Assembly (NCBI GenBank): GCA_026393855.1
Contig: JAPKZJ010000061.1
Span: 37,306 to 101,305 of the forward strand
DNA length: 64,000 nt
Origin: Candidatus Aminicenantes bacterium
Lineage (GTDB): Bacteria > Acidobacteriota > Aminicenantia > Aminicenantales > UBA4085
Direction of reading: 5' to 3'
Every line of letters begins with the position of its first letter. Positions within the stretch are counted from its first letter, which is position 1. Both the position numbers and the translations under genes were made by a program. Shown piece after piece: positions 7,888 to 19,377 of this stretch. The notes under the pieces were generated by a model, which ran no database searches, was not told the origin of the DNA, and saw only the letters and a list, made by a program, of their open reading frames with translations.

Positions 7888-9636
7888 TCAAACCGCCCCC
7901 GCGACCGAAGGAGGGCGCTTTTGCCGGAAGGTTCGCACGGCCAGCATGATGACGCCCACCGCCAAGCCGAACATGATCACGTCCGCGGCCAGTAGGAGAT
8001 AATTTCGCTGACGGACATATTGGGCGAAGAGGATGCCCATCGAAGCAAGGGTGGTGACCATCATGAAGACGGCCGGGACTAAAACGAACCCGGCCTTGCG
8101 GCGCCGCAGCAGAAGCCAGGCCGAAATCGCCAGCAGGCTGAGCGCCGCCAGCATCTGATTGGCCGTCCCGAATATGGGCCAAAGCAGGTTGAAAGCGTTG
8201 GATCCGGCAAGGGCCAGCATGATGATGACCGAAAGGCCGGAATTCACCCAATACAGGCGAAGCAGGCCGGGGATCCTCTTGAATACGATGCCCCAGAGCT
8301 CCTCGAAAAGATAGCGGTTGAGCCGCACGGCGGCGTCCAGGGTGGTGACCACGAAGCCTTCGACCAGCAAGATGCCGAAAACCGTGCCCAACGCCACCGG
8401 AATGCCCAAACCGCGATGGAAGAGGTTCCCGGCCGCCAAGCTGAACCCGAGGATGGGGTTGGATTTGACGCCCGGATCGGTCGGCCAGACGATGGCGCGG
8501 TAGTCGGAGAAGGCCAGCGTCGCGCCCACGGCCAGCAGAACGCAGACCGCCAGCAGGGATTCCAGGAGCATGGCGTTATAGCCCACCCGACGGGCGTCCG
8601 TCTCCAGGGTCAGCTGCTTGCCCGTCGTGCCCCCGGCCACGAGCGCGTGGAAGCCCGAGATGGCTCCGCAGGCGATGGTGCAGAACATCATCGGCCAGAT
8701 CAAGCCCAGGCTGGCCATGCCTTGGGCCAGGTTGAAGCTCGGCGCGGTCACCCGCAGTCCGCCCAGGCCCGTCCGCAGCAGTGAGACGACCATCAGCGCG
8801 ACGCCGCCATAAAGGATTTGGACGTTGATAAAATCGCGCGGCTGCAGAATGAGCCAGACAGGCGTCCCCGCCGCCAGGAGGACGTAGCCCGAGATGATCA
8901 GCATCCAATGGGTCGGCTGGAGGCTGACCGGGAATTGGATGCCCAGCCAAACCGAGACGACGCAGATAACGGCCGCGATCAGATACGCGGGCAGGGTCTT
9001 CAGCCCCCGCTTGTGAATGAGCCAGCCGAGGAACGGCGAACACAGGGTGATGACGATGACGGACATGGAGGCGATGCCCCCGATCCGCCCCATCTCGACC
9101 CCGTTCCGGACCACGACTTTGAGGAAGGTCGCGCCGGCCGTGACGCCGATCTTGCTGAGCGGCCAGAGTGAGGTCAGGGAAATCGAGGTGGCGCTGAGGA
9201 AGGACGAAGTCACCAGAACGATCATCACCAGAGTGAAGGCGATCATTAGGTTGAAGCCCCGCCGTCCCAGCGTCTTGCGGGCCACCTCGGCCATCGACTT
9301 GCCTCCCTCGCGCATGCTGACGAACAGGGTTGTGAAGTCGTGAACGGCGCCGATGAAGATGCCGCCGAGGACGATCCAAAGCCAAGCCGGGACGAAACCA
9401 TAAAGCAGAGCCATGGTCGGTCCCAGGATGGGGCCGGCCCCGGCGATGGCCGAGAAGTGGTGGGCGAAGACGACATAGGTCTTGGTCGGAACATAATCGC
9501 GGCCGTCGCTACGGGAGATCGCGGGCGTCGGCACCGCGCGATCCTCGCCCAGCCGGCGCGCAATCCAGGCGGCATAAAATCGGCCGGCAAGGAGGAAGGC
9601 GACGGAAGCCAGGATCAGAATCAGCAGGACGTTCAT
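7888..9636 (-). CDS. cstA: Carbon starvation protein A family transporter
   Basis: 582 aa polytopic membrane protein. The N-terminus ...YVPTKTYVVFAHHFSAIAGAGPILGPTMA is diagnostic of CstA. Confidence 0.85.
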   Translation of the reverse strand: MNVLLILILASVAFLLAGRFYAAWIARRLGEDRAVPTPAISRSDGRDYVPTKTYVVFAHHFSAIAGAGPILGPTMALLYGFVPAWLWIVLGGIFIGAVHDFTTLFVSMREGGKSMAEVARKTLGRRGFNLMIAFTLVMIVLVTSSFLSATSISLTSLWPLSKIGVTAGATFLKVVVRNGVEMGRIGGIASMSVIVITLCSPFLGWLIHKRGLKTLPAYLIAAVICVVSVWLGIQFPVSLQPTHWMLIISGYVLLAAGTPVWLILQPRDFINVQILYGGVALMVVSLLRTGLGGLRVTAPSFNLAQGMASLGLIWPMMFCTIACGAISGFHALVAGGTTGKQLTLETDARRVGYNAMLLESLLAVCVLLAVGATLAFSDYRAIVWPTDPGVKSNPILGFSLAAGNLFHRGLGIPVALGTVFGILLVEGFVVTTLDAAVRLNRYLFEELWGIVFKRIPGLLRLYWVNSGLSVIIMLALAGSNAFNLLWPIFGTANQMLAALSLLAISAWLLLRRRKAGFVLVPAVFMMVTTLASMGILFAQYVRQRNYLLLAADVIMFGLAVGVIMLAVRTFRQKRPPSVAGAV

Positions 9637-9798
9637 GGGAGACCTCCGGCACGGGTCCCGGCGCCGAAGCGTCAGACTCGGCCGGATATCTTATCGCGGG
9701 CCGACGAAATTTTCAATTTGACTGAGCCGCCCGATTCTTCTAAAATAAGAATTCCTTAAGACTCTATCCGATCGGACTCTCAAAGGAGGAATAGCCTC

Positions 9799-10188
9799 AT
9801 GGCCAAAGCCGAACCCAATGTCGTCCCGCTGTGCGATGTTTTGCTCGTCCTGCTGATCATCTTCATGGTCATCACGCCGCTCGTCCAAAAGGGCATCGAT
9901 GTCCGCCTGCCCGAGACCGCCTCCGACACGGCCGGCGGCCAGCCCGTCGGGCTGATCGTCGTCACCCTGAACAAGGACCTGACCGTCGATATCAACAAGG
10001 ACCGTTTCGCCGACTTCAAGCTGGCCGGGGAAGAGCTTCGCCGGCTGTATTCGACCCGCGCGGACAAGACTATCTTCCTGCGGGCCGACGCCAAGTGCGC
10101 CTTCGCCCGGGTCGTCGAGCTGATCGACGTCTGCAAGGGCTCCGGCGCCGAAACGCTGGGCCTGGTTCCCGAATACTTCACCGAATAA
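9799..10188 (+). CDS. exbD: ExbD/TolR family biopolymer transport protein
   Basis: 129 aa. The N-terminus PNVVPLCDVLLVLLIIFMVITP (single TM with the conserved Asp), followed by the periplasmic domain, is typical of ExbD/TolR. AAAGGAGG lies upstream. Confidence 0.8.
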   Translation: MAKAEPNVVPLCDVLLVLLIIFMVITPLVQKGIDVRLPETASDTAGGQPVGLIVVTLNKDLTVDINKDRFADFKLAGEELRRLYSTRADKTIFLRADAKCAFARVVELIDVCKGSGAETLGLVPEYFTE

Positions 10189-10244
10189 CCCCATCCCGCG
10201 GCCCGGCGGCCCGCCCGCCGCGGCCTCGACCAAGACGATGGCCA

Positions 10245-10274
10245 GGGGACGCTCGCCAGAGCGTCCCCTTTTTT
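10245..10274 (+). terminator. Rho-independent terminator after exbD
   Basis: GGGGACGCTC-GCCA-GAGCGTCCCC followed by TTTTTT. Confidence 0.8.
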
Positions 10275-10289
10275 AATGCCCCGATCCGG

Positions 10290-11441
10290 CTATTCCTTGA
10301 CCGGGCCGATGACCTCGTGGCTGATGACCAACCGCTGGATCTCGTTGGTCCCTTCGTATATTTGGAGCAGCTTGGCGTCGCGCCAGAGCTTCTCGACCGG
10401 ATAGTCGCGCATGTAGCCGTAGCCGCCGTGGATCTGGATGGCCTCATTGGCCGCGGCCACGGCGATATCCGAGGCAAAGCACTTGGCCATGGCCGATTCC
10501 TTGCCGTTGGGCTTCCCCTGGTCGGAGAGCCAGGCGGCGTGCCAAACCAGATGCCGGGCGGCCTCGAGCTCCATGGCCATCTGGGCGATCTTCATCTGGG
10601 TGGTTTGATAGAGGGCCAGGGCTTTGCCGAAAGCCTTGCGGGTTTTGGCATAGGCCACCGAATGCTCCAGGGCGGCCCGGGCGATGCCCAGGGCGGCGGA
10701 GCCGACCGAGGCCCGGGTCACGTCGAAGGTCTTCATGGCGATGATGAACCCCATCCCCTCGCGGCCCAGCCGATTGGCCGCTGGGACGCGGACATCCTCG
10801 AAATACACCTCGGCCGTGTTGGAAGCCCGCTGGCCCATCTTATCCTCGACCTTACCGACGCTCAAGCCGGGCGTATCGCGCGGGACGATGAATGCGCTGA
10901 TGCCCCGGGCGCCCTTGTGCGGGGCGGTATTGGCAAAGACGGTATAGAGCCCGGCCACTCCCCCGTTGGTGATGAAGCACTTGGCCCCGTTGAGAACGTA
11001 CTCGTTCCCGTCCTTGACGGCCTTGGTCCGGACCGCTCCGGCGTCGGACCCGGCCTCGCGCTCGGTCAGGGCGTACGCGCCCAGGGTGTAGGTTCGGCAC
11101 ATCGAGCCTAGAAAAGTCTTTTTCTGCTCCTCGCTGCCGAAGAGCACGATCGGGGTTGTGGCCAGCGAACAAGCCATCATGCTGGTGAACAGGCCGGCGC
11201 AGCCCCAGGCCAGTTCCTCGCTCAGGATGGCCAGGTCCAGGCTGGACAGCCCGCCGCCGCCGTAAGCGTCGGGGATATTGCAGGTCAGGAACCCGGCCGC
11301 GAAGGCCTTTTTCATGACGTCGTGGGCGAATTCGTGGCTTTGGTCATAGCGGGCCGCCACCGGCCGCATCTCGTTCTGGGCGAATTCGCGGGCCATTTCC
11401 CGCAGGGCCGTCTGTTCCTCGCTCAGGGTGTAATCGATCAT
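10290..11441 (-). CDS. Acyl-CoA dehydrogenase (short/medium-chain type)
   Basis: 383 aa. Full-length ACAD pattern, including ALTEREAGSDAGAV, FITNGG and the C-terminal QIYEGTNEIQRLVI. Confidence 0.9.
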   Translation of the reverse strand: MIDYTLSEEQTALREMAREFAQNEMRPVAARYDQSHEFAHDVMKKAFAAGFLTCNIPDAYGGGGLSSLDLAILSEELAWGCAGLFTSMMACSLATTPIVLFGSEEQKKTFLGSMCRTYTLGAYALTEREAGSDAGAVRTKAVKDGNEYVLNGAKCFITNGGVAGLYTVFANTAPHKGARGISAFIVPRDTPGLSVGKVEDKMGQRASNTAEVYFEDVRVPAANRLGREGMGFIIAMKTFDVTRASVGSAALGIARAALEHSVAYAKTRKAFGKALALYQTTQMKIAQMAMELEAARHLVWHAAWLSDQGKPNGKESAMAKCFASDIAVAAANEAIQIHGGYGYMRDYPVEKLWRDAKLLQIYEGTNEIQRLVISHEVIGPVKE

Positions 11442-11527
11442 GGGCCGACCTCCTTACTCGATTGTCCTTTTCCGTAAAAAAACTGCCCTTTTATACATGA
11501 TTCCGATTGATTTTGTCAAACCCAACC

Positions 11528-14026
11528 TCAAGCCGAGGCCAGGACGTAGCCTTCGCGGATCATGGCGAAGGACGGCCGCTCCAGGCCCAAGGCCCGCCCG
11601 ACGAGATCCTGCGGCCGCGGGATCTTCTGGGGCCGGAAAGCCACCCGGAGGACGAGACGGACGCCGACTCCGTCCGCCTCGACCGCCTCCAGCCAGTCGA
11701 AGGCCGGATCGGCTGCGGCGGCCGATCGGACCGCCGCCGCCGCCTCGTCCGGATCGGGCGGATCGGCGAACGCGGGATCCCGAAGATCGACCGCATAGAT
11801 CATCCCCCGGATGCGCTCTTGAAATGGGCGCTCGGTCGGTCCCCGTCGGCTCAAGGCGTTGAATCGGAGGCCGCCCGGGGATACGGCGTTGAGGGCGCTT
11901 AGGAACTCGGGCTCGTCTATCTCCCGCCCCGACTTGAACTCCATGAACTCGTCTCCCCCGCCCATCCCCAAAGGCAGCGCCGGCCCGAACGACATGACCG
12001 GCTTGGGGTGGAATCCCTCGCTAAAGGCAGTCTCCGCCCCGGCTCGGCGGAACACACGCTGCAGGGCGTTGACGAGGTCGTTGTGCCCGAGGAACCGGGC
12101 CGGCCCTTCTTTGGCGTATCGGACGAGATAGCGAATCGGGGCTTCAGCCGGCCGGCCCAGGAACGCGGGCCCGGCATCGGGCCCGAGATCGATCCGCTCC
12201 GGCCCGGGTCCCCGCTTGTCCATCCCCGTCTCGCAGCCCCGACAATCACCGCATTCGCGGCTCTCGCAGGAAGGGGTCGTCTCGGCCTGCAAGGCCAGCT
12301 CCAGCTCGCGGCGAAGGAACTCGGGCTTCATTCCCGTCGCGATGGCGTCCCATGGCAAGGGGGCGCCCGGCTCGATGGCCCGAAGATAATCGCCGGAGTC
12401 GATCCCGGATCGCCGGAACGCGTCATCCCAAAGCTCGGGCCGGAATTGATCGTTCCAGCCGTCGAAGCGCGCCCCGGCTTCCCAGGCTCCCAGCAGAACG
12501 TTGTGCAGCCTCCGATCGCCCCGCGAGAAGGCCGCCTCCAAAACAGATTGCCGAATGTCGTGGGTCTTGATCTCGATCGAGCGATCCCGCCCGAGGGCGG
12601 CCCGAACCCGCATCTGCTTGTCCCGCAGCCGCCCGGGCGAGTCCATGGCCATCCACTGGAACGGCGTGTGCGGCTTGGGGATGAAAGAGGCCAGACTGAC
12701 ATGGATGCGGGGCGGACCGCCGAGGATGGCCCGTCCGCGGGCCAAGAGCTCGCGGACTAGGATCGGGATGGCCGCCACATCCTCGTCCGTCTCGGTCGGG
12801 AGCCCGATCATGAAGTAGAGCTTAAGCAGCCGCCAGCCCCGGCGGAAGGCGCTCTCGGCCGCGGACCACAGGTCGCGATCCTCGAGATGTTTGTTGATGA
12901 CCCGACGCAGGCGTTCCGTGGCCGCTTCCGGAACCAGGGTGAATCCTGTCCGACGCACTTTGGTGATCGCTTCGACGATCTCCGGCGATAGCCGTTTCGG
13001 GCGGAGCGAAGACAGCGATAAAGAGATGCGCCGCGGAGCCAGCCGCGCCATCAGAGCTTCGATGACGGGCTCGAGGCAGGGATAGTCGCCGACCGAGAGG
13101 CCGAAGAGGGAAGCGTCCTCGTAGCCGGTGGCGTCCAGGCTGGCCAGGACGGTCTTGACGACGCTTTCCGGGCTCTTGGTCCGATGGGGATGATAAAGGC
13201 TGGTCGCTTGGCAGAAGCGGCACTTCTGCGGGCAGCCTCGGGCCACCTCGACGGCCACCCGGTCGAAAACGGCCTGAAGGTTGGGCACGACGATTTTTTC
13301 GGGGAAAGGCGAATCCGCGAAACCGGCCAGAACCCGCTTGCGGACCCTGGCCGGCACGGCGCTTCCCGGCCGGGGCCGGACGGCTTGCAGCGGCGAGCCC
13401 GCCGCTTCCCATGTCTCGTAAAGGGAAGGAACATAGACGCCGGGAATCCGAGCCAGCGCGGCGATGGCCGTCGCCCGATCCGGCGCGGTCCGGCGGACCA
13501 CGTCCCAGGCATCCAGGATTTCGAGCAAGCCTTCTTCGCCGTCGCCGAGGAAGAAGGCGTCGAAGACGCGGGCCAGGGGCTCGGGATTGAACGCGGCCGG
13601 GCCCCCCGCCAGGATCAGAGGGTGGGCCGCCGTCCGGTCGGCCGCGGCGATCGGGATCCGGCCCAGGTCAAGGATGGTCAGCACGTTCGTGTCGTTCAGC
13701 TCGTAGAGCAGGGAAAAAGCGACGGCGTCGAAGGCGTCGAGCGGGAGGCCGTTCTCGAGCGACCGCAGCGGCTCCCCGGTCCGGCGAAGTGCGGCCTCGA
13801 AGTCGGGCCAGGGGGCGAAGACCCGCTCGGCCAGGATGTCCGACCGACGATTGGCCCGATCGTAGAGGATCTTCTGGCCGAGATAGGACATGCCGATCTC
13901 GTAGACGTCCGGGAAGGCCAGGGCGACCCTGATCCGGGCCGCTGCGGGATCTTTGCGGATCTCGTTCCACTCGCCGCCGGCATAGCGGGCCGGCTTCTCG
14001 ACCGAGCGCAAAGCCGGTTCAGACAT
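11528..14026 (-). CDS. Radical SAM protein fused to a DUF2344-like C-terminal domain (uncharacterised TIGR03960/TIGR03936-type architecture)
   Basis: 832 aa. CxxxCxxC cluster motif GCPQKCRFCQ in the N-terminal half. The C-terminal ~230 aa (RYLVRYAKEGPARFLGHNDLVNALQRVFRRAG...) matches the radical-SAM-linked DUF2344 style. The start overlaps the rodA stop by 8 nt. Confidence 0.75.
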   Translation of the reverse strand: MSEPALRSVEKPARYAGGEWNEIRKDPAAARIRVALAFPDVYEIGMSYLGQKILYDRANRRSDILAERVFAPWPDFEAALRRTGEPLRSLENGLPLDAFDAVAFSLLYELNDTNVLTILDLGRIPIAAADRTAAHPLILAGGPAAFNPEPLARVFDAFFLGDGEEGLLEILDAWDVVRRTAPDRATAIAALARIPGVYVPSLYETWEAAGSPLQAVRPRPGSAVPARVRKRVLAGFADSPFPEKIVVPNLQAVFDRVAVEVARGCPQKCRFCQATSLYHPHRTKSPESVVKTVLASLDATGYEDASLFGLSVGDYPCLEPVIEALMARLAPRRISLSLSSLRPKRLSPEIVEAITKVRRTGFTLVPEAATERLRRVINKHLEDRDLWSAAESAFRRGWRLLKLYFMIGLPTETDEDVAAIPILVRELLARGRAILGGPPRIHVSLASFIPKPHTPFQWMAMDSPGRLRDKQMRVRAALGRDRSIEIKTHDIRQSVLEAAFSRGDRRLHNVLLGAWEAGARFDGWNDQFRPELWDDAFRRSGIDSGDYLRAIEPGAPLPWDAIATGMKPEFLRRELELALQAETTPSCESRECGDCRGCETGMDKRGPGPERIDLGPDAGPAFLGRPAEAPIRYLVRYAKEGPARFLGHNDLVNALQRVFRRAGAETAFSEGFHPKPVMSFGPALPLGMGGGDEFMEFKSGREIDEPEFLSALNAVSPGGLRFNALSRRGPTERPFQERIRGMIYAVDLRDPAFADPPDPDEAAAAVRSAAAADPAFDWLEAVEADGVGVRLVLRVAFRPQKIPRPQDLVGRALGLERPSFAMIREGYVLASA

Positions 14027-15078
14027 TTGCGAATCGGCGCATTTTAACGTTCAGGACGAGGCCGACGGCCAAGAAGGTCGAGACGAGTGAGGAGCCGCCG
14101 TAGCTCAACAGCGGGATGGGAATGCCGGTGATCGGGAACAGCCCGATGATCATGAAGACGTTGACCAGGAACGGGAAGGTGATCATGCAGCCGACCAGGA
14201 AAATGATATACAGCCCGGCCCGATCCCGGGTCTTGCCGACGGCCCGGAAGATCCGCAGCACCAAGGCGAAGTACAGCCCCAGGACGATGATCACCCCAAC
14301 GAAGCCGAACTCCTCCCCCAGAACGGAGAAGACGAAGTCGGTATGGCGGGCCGGCAGGAAGCGGAGCTGGCTCTGGCTCCCCCGCAAAAAGCCCTTGCCG
14401 AGCCAGCCGCCGGCGCCGATGGCGATCTTGGACTGCAGAACGTGATAGCCGGCTCCCCGCGGGTCGAGGGTGGGATTGAGGACGGTCCGCAGCCGGACCT
14501 TCTGGTAATCGTGCAGCAGAAAGTTCCAGCCGAAGAAACCGAGCAGAATCGCGGCCACCAGCAGGATGACCAGGGTTTTGCGGTTCAGTCCGGCCAGGGC
14601 CAGGCAGCCGAACCAGATCGGCAGTATGCTCATGGCCGTGCCCATGTCCGGCTGCATGGCCACCAGGACGATGGGCGGCAGGGCGACCGCCGCGCTCATG
14701 GCCGCGGCGCCGAAGCTGACATAGGACCGCTTGTACTCGGCGAAAACGCGGGCCAGCAGGAGCAGGACCGCGATCTTGACCATCTCCGACGGTTGGCCGC
14801 CCATGAAAGCCAGTCCGATCCAGCTTTTGGCCCCGCCCTTGGCCTTGCCGAAGGCGAGCAGGAAACCGAGGACAAAGAGCAGCAGGATCAGGGCGTACGG
14901 CGCCATCGTCATCAGCAGCTTGTAGTCGAAGGCCAGGCAGGCGAACATCAGGGCCAAGGCAATCAGGAGCCAGAGAGCCTGCTTCAGGGCCGGGGCCCCG
15001 GGCGAGATGTGCGAAGCGCTGAAGATGAGCAGCAGGCCGATGGCCGCATTGGCCAGCAGCAGCCCGATCAGAATCCAG

Positions 15079-16873
<1,795 letters not shown>

Positions 16874-16884
<11 letters not shown>

Positions 16885-17356
16885 GGGTCCTCCGGAAGCG
16901 TCGGAACAGGGCGAAGGCGGCCGCGCCGGCCAGGCCCGTCGCCACGGGACGCAGCAGCAGGCCCCCCCGCTGCCAGGGAATCGGTTCGGCGATCACGACG
17001 GCGTTCAGAACCAATCGCTCGCCCAAGGCCAGAGCGGAGAGTCCAGTCAGGAAGATGAACGAACGCAGGAAGGTCATAATGTTGATCCGACGCGAGATCC
17101 AGCCGGACAGGAAGCCGGCCACGATGAAAGCCGCGCCGGAGATGCCGAAGACGCCTAGCGAGAAGGCGTCGGCGAACAGGCCGGCCGCCGTCCCCATCAC
17201 CGCCCCGGCCAGATCGCCCTTGACGATGGCGAACAGCAGGACGGCCACCAGGAAAGAATCCACCCCGAAAAACGAGGCGGCCAGGAAACGGCCCAGGACG
17301 GCGTGGACGAGAAAGGCGGCCATCAGGATCAGGCCGCCGTGCAGGACATCCCTCAT
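16874..17356 (-). CDS. mreD: Rod shape-determining protein MreD
   Basis: 160 aa polytopic membrane protein located between mreC and mrdA. Confidence 0.7.
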
Positions 17357-18192
17357 CGTGTCTCTCCCGTCGCCGACGTCAGGACGGCCAGCGTCTTCAG
17401 GTTCCTGATCTCCAGATAGGGCCGGACGGCGATCGCCTTGAACAGGGCGGCCTCGGTCTTGATCGAGGCGATCCGGCCCACGGGGATGCCGGCCGGAAAG
17501 ATCTTATCGTAGCCGGAGGTGACAAGCTCCTCCTCCACCTCTAGGGCCTCATTGGAAGCCTCGACGTACTTCATGCGGCATTGGCCGGTCCGCTCGTCGC
17601 CCGAAAGAACGCCCACGACCCGGGCCTTGACCGAGACCACACCGACGCCGCTGTTCTGGTTGGTCAGGAGCTCGACGGTGGCTTGGCGAATCGAAAGGGG
17701 CTTAATCGTACGGCCGACCAACCGGCCTTGAGCGTCGACGACCGGCATGTCCAGTCGCAGCCCATCGGCCGTGCCCCGGTCGATGACGATCGACTTGCGC
17801 ACGTTCAGGGCGTCCACCCCGATGGCCGATGCGGTGATGAACGAGCCGTGGAGTCCGGACAGGACGCGGGAGGCGGCCTCCCGATCCTGCAGCCGCTCCA
17901 AGCCCCGGCCCATGATCAGGTTCTCCTGCCGCAGCTGGAACGTCTCTTCGCGCAGGTCCCGGTTTTGGGCCTCGACGTCCTTCAGGTAGAGGTAGCGGTT
18001 CCAGGCGCCGCTCAACAGGCCGTAAGCGCCGTTGAGCAGGCCTTCCACCGGCGACAGGACGATGAAAACGACCCGCTCAAGATAGCTGGGGGCCTCCCCG
18101 AGCGGTACCTGTAAGGAGATGAGCAAAAGGTGGACGAAAAGCAGGCCGCCCACCACCAGGAGCTTCCTGCGTTCGGGCCGGGCCAGGGGCAT
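17353..18192 (-). CDS. mreC: Rod shape-determining protein MreC
   Basis: 279 aa. N-terminal TM, a coiled-coil segment, then beta-domains (...VVGVLSG...SGYDKIFPAGIPVGRI...). Lies directly downstream of mreB. Confidence 0.85.
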   Translation of the reverse strand: MPLARPERRKLLVVGGLLFVHLLLISLQVPLGEAPSYLERVVFIVLSPVEGLLNGAYGLLSGAWNRYLYLKDVEAQNRDLREETFQLRQENLIMGRGLERLQDREAASRVLSGLHGSFITASAIGVDALNVRKSIVIDRGTADGLRLDMPVVDAQGRLVGRTIKPLSIRQATVELLTNQNSGVGVVSVKARVVGVLSGDERTGQCRMKYVEASNEALEVEEELVTSGYDKIFPAGIPVGRIASIKTEAALFKAIAVRPYLEIRNLKTLAVLTSATGETR

Positions 18193-18211
18193 GATCCACC
18201 TTCCCGACGGC

Positions 18212-19243
18212 TTAAGGGATGGAAACCTTCTTCAGCAGCTCCATGTCGTCCAGCATCTTGCCCGCGCCCAGGACGACGGTGGTCAAGGGTTCCTCGGTGA
18301 TGAAGACAGGGAGCTGCGTCTCCTCCCGGATCCGTTTGTCCAGGTTCTTGAGAAGGGAGCCGCCGCCGGTCAGGATGATGCCGCGGTCGATGATGTCGGC
18401 CGAGAGCTCGGGCGGGGTTTTCTCCAGGGCGATCCGGATGGCGTTGACGATGGCGGCCACGACTTCCTCCAGCGCCTCCCGGATCTCCTGGTCATCGATG
18501 ACGATGGTCTTTGGGATGCCTTCGCGCAAGTCGCGGCCCTTGATCTCCATGGTGATCGGCTCGTCCAGCGGGTAAGCCGAGCCGATGGTCATCTTGACCA
18601 TCTCGGCCGACCGCTCGCCGATCAGGAGGTTGTATTTCTTCTTCAGGTACCCGATGATGGCTTCGTCCATCTCGTTGCCGGCGATCCGGATGGAATGGTT
18701 GAAGACGACACCGTCCAGCGAGATGACCGCGATGTCGGTCGTCCCGCCGCCGATGTCGACGACCATGTTGCCGGTCGGCTCGGAGATGGGCAGGTCCGCC
18801 CCGACGGCCGCGGCCATGGGCTGTTCGACCAGATAGACCTCAGTCGCCTTGGCCCGCATGGCCACGTCCTTGACCGCCCGCCGCTCGACCTGGGTGATTC
18901 CGGTCGGAATGCCGATGACGATCCGCGGCCGCAGCAGGAAGCCCTTGTTGTTGGTGGCTTTCTTAATAAAAAAGTCCAGCATCTTTTCAGCGATCTCGAA
19001 GTCGGCGATGACGCCGTCATGCATGGGCTTGATGGCCAGGACGTTGGCCGGGGTTTTGCCCAGCATGTCCTTGGCCCGCGTGCCGACCGCCTCGACCTTG
19101 CCCGTCTGCTTATTGACGACGACGATGGAGGGCTCTTGGATGATGATGCCCTTGCCCTTCAAATAAACCAGAGTATTGGCCGTGCCCAGATCGATGGCCA
19201 GATCGCAGAATAGGCGGTTCTTGAACCAGCGGACTACGCTCAT
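18212..19243 (-). CDS. mreB: Rod shape-determining protein MreB
   Basis: Start set at ATG 19243 with AAGGA upstream. The N-terminus MSVVRWFKNRLFCDLAIDLGTANTLVY and the rest of the protein follow the actin-like MreB pattern. Confidence 0.9.
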   Translation of the reverse strand: MSVVRWFKNRLFCDLAIDLGTANTLVYLKGKGIIIQEPSIVVVNKQTGKVEAVGTRAKDMLGKTPANVLAIKPMHDGVIADFEIAEKMLDFFIKKATNNKGFLLRPRIVIGIPTGITQVERRAVKDVAMRAKATEVYLVEQPMAAAVGADLPISEPTGNMVVDIGGGTTDIAVISLDGVVFNHSIRIAGNEMDEAIIGYLKKKYNLLIGERSAEMVKMTIGSAYPLDEPITMEIKGRDLREGIPKTIVIDDQEIREALEEVVAAIVNAIRIALEKTPPELSADIIDRGIILTGGGSLLKNLDKRIREETQLPVFITEEPLTTVVLGAGKMLDDMELLKKVSIP

Positions 19244-19377
19244 GATGCATCCTTTGAATGCCACTTTTTAACACAATTTCGCTCTCCTGGCAAATGGAAC
19301 GGCGGCCGCGGCCCGGATTCTTGACTCCCCCACGGTCCTGGGCTATAAGTAAGCCATCTTCCCGCAAGGAGTTCCGG

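Noticed and set aside
9831-11111. 426-aa plus-strand ORF; similar long ORFs occur at 25699-26910, 38882-40171, 36022-region antisense, 54561-55517, 55986-57032 and 61483-62622
   Set aside because: All are antisense or out of frame relative to strongly supported genes (acd, acnB, ileS, MFS, eda/kdgK, M24-like), and all have R/P/G/A/D-biased composition. I treat them as GC-driven artefacts.
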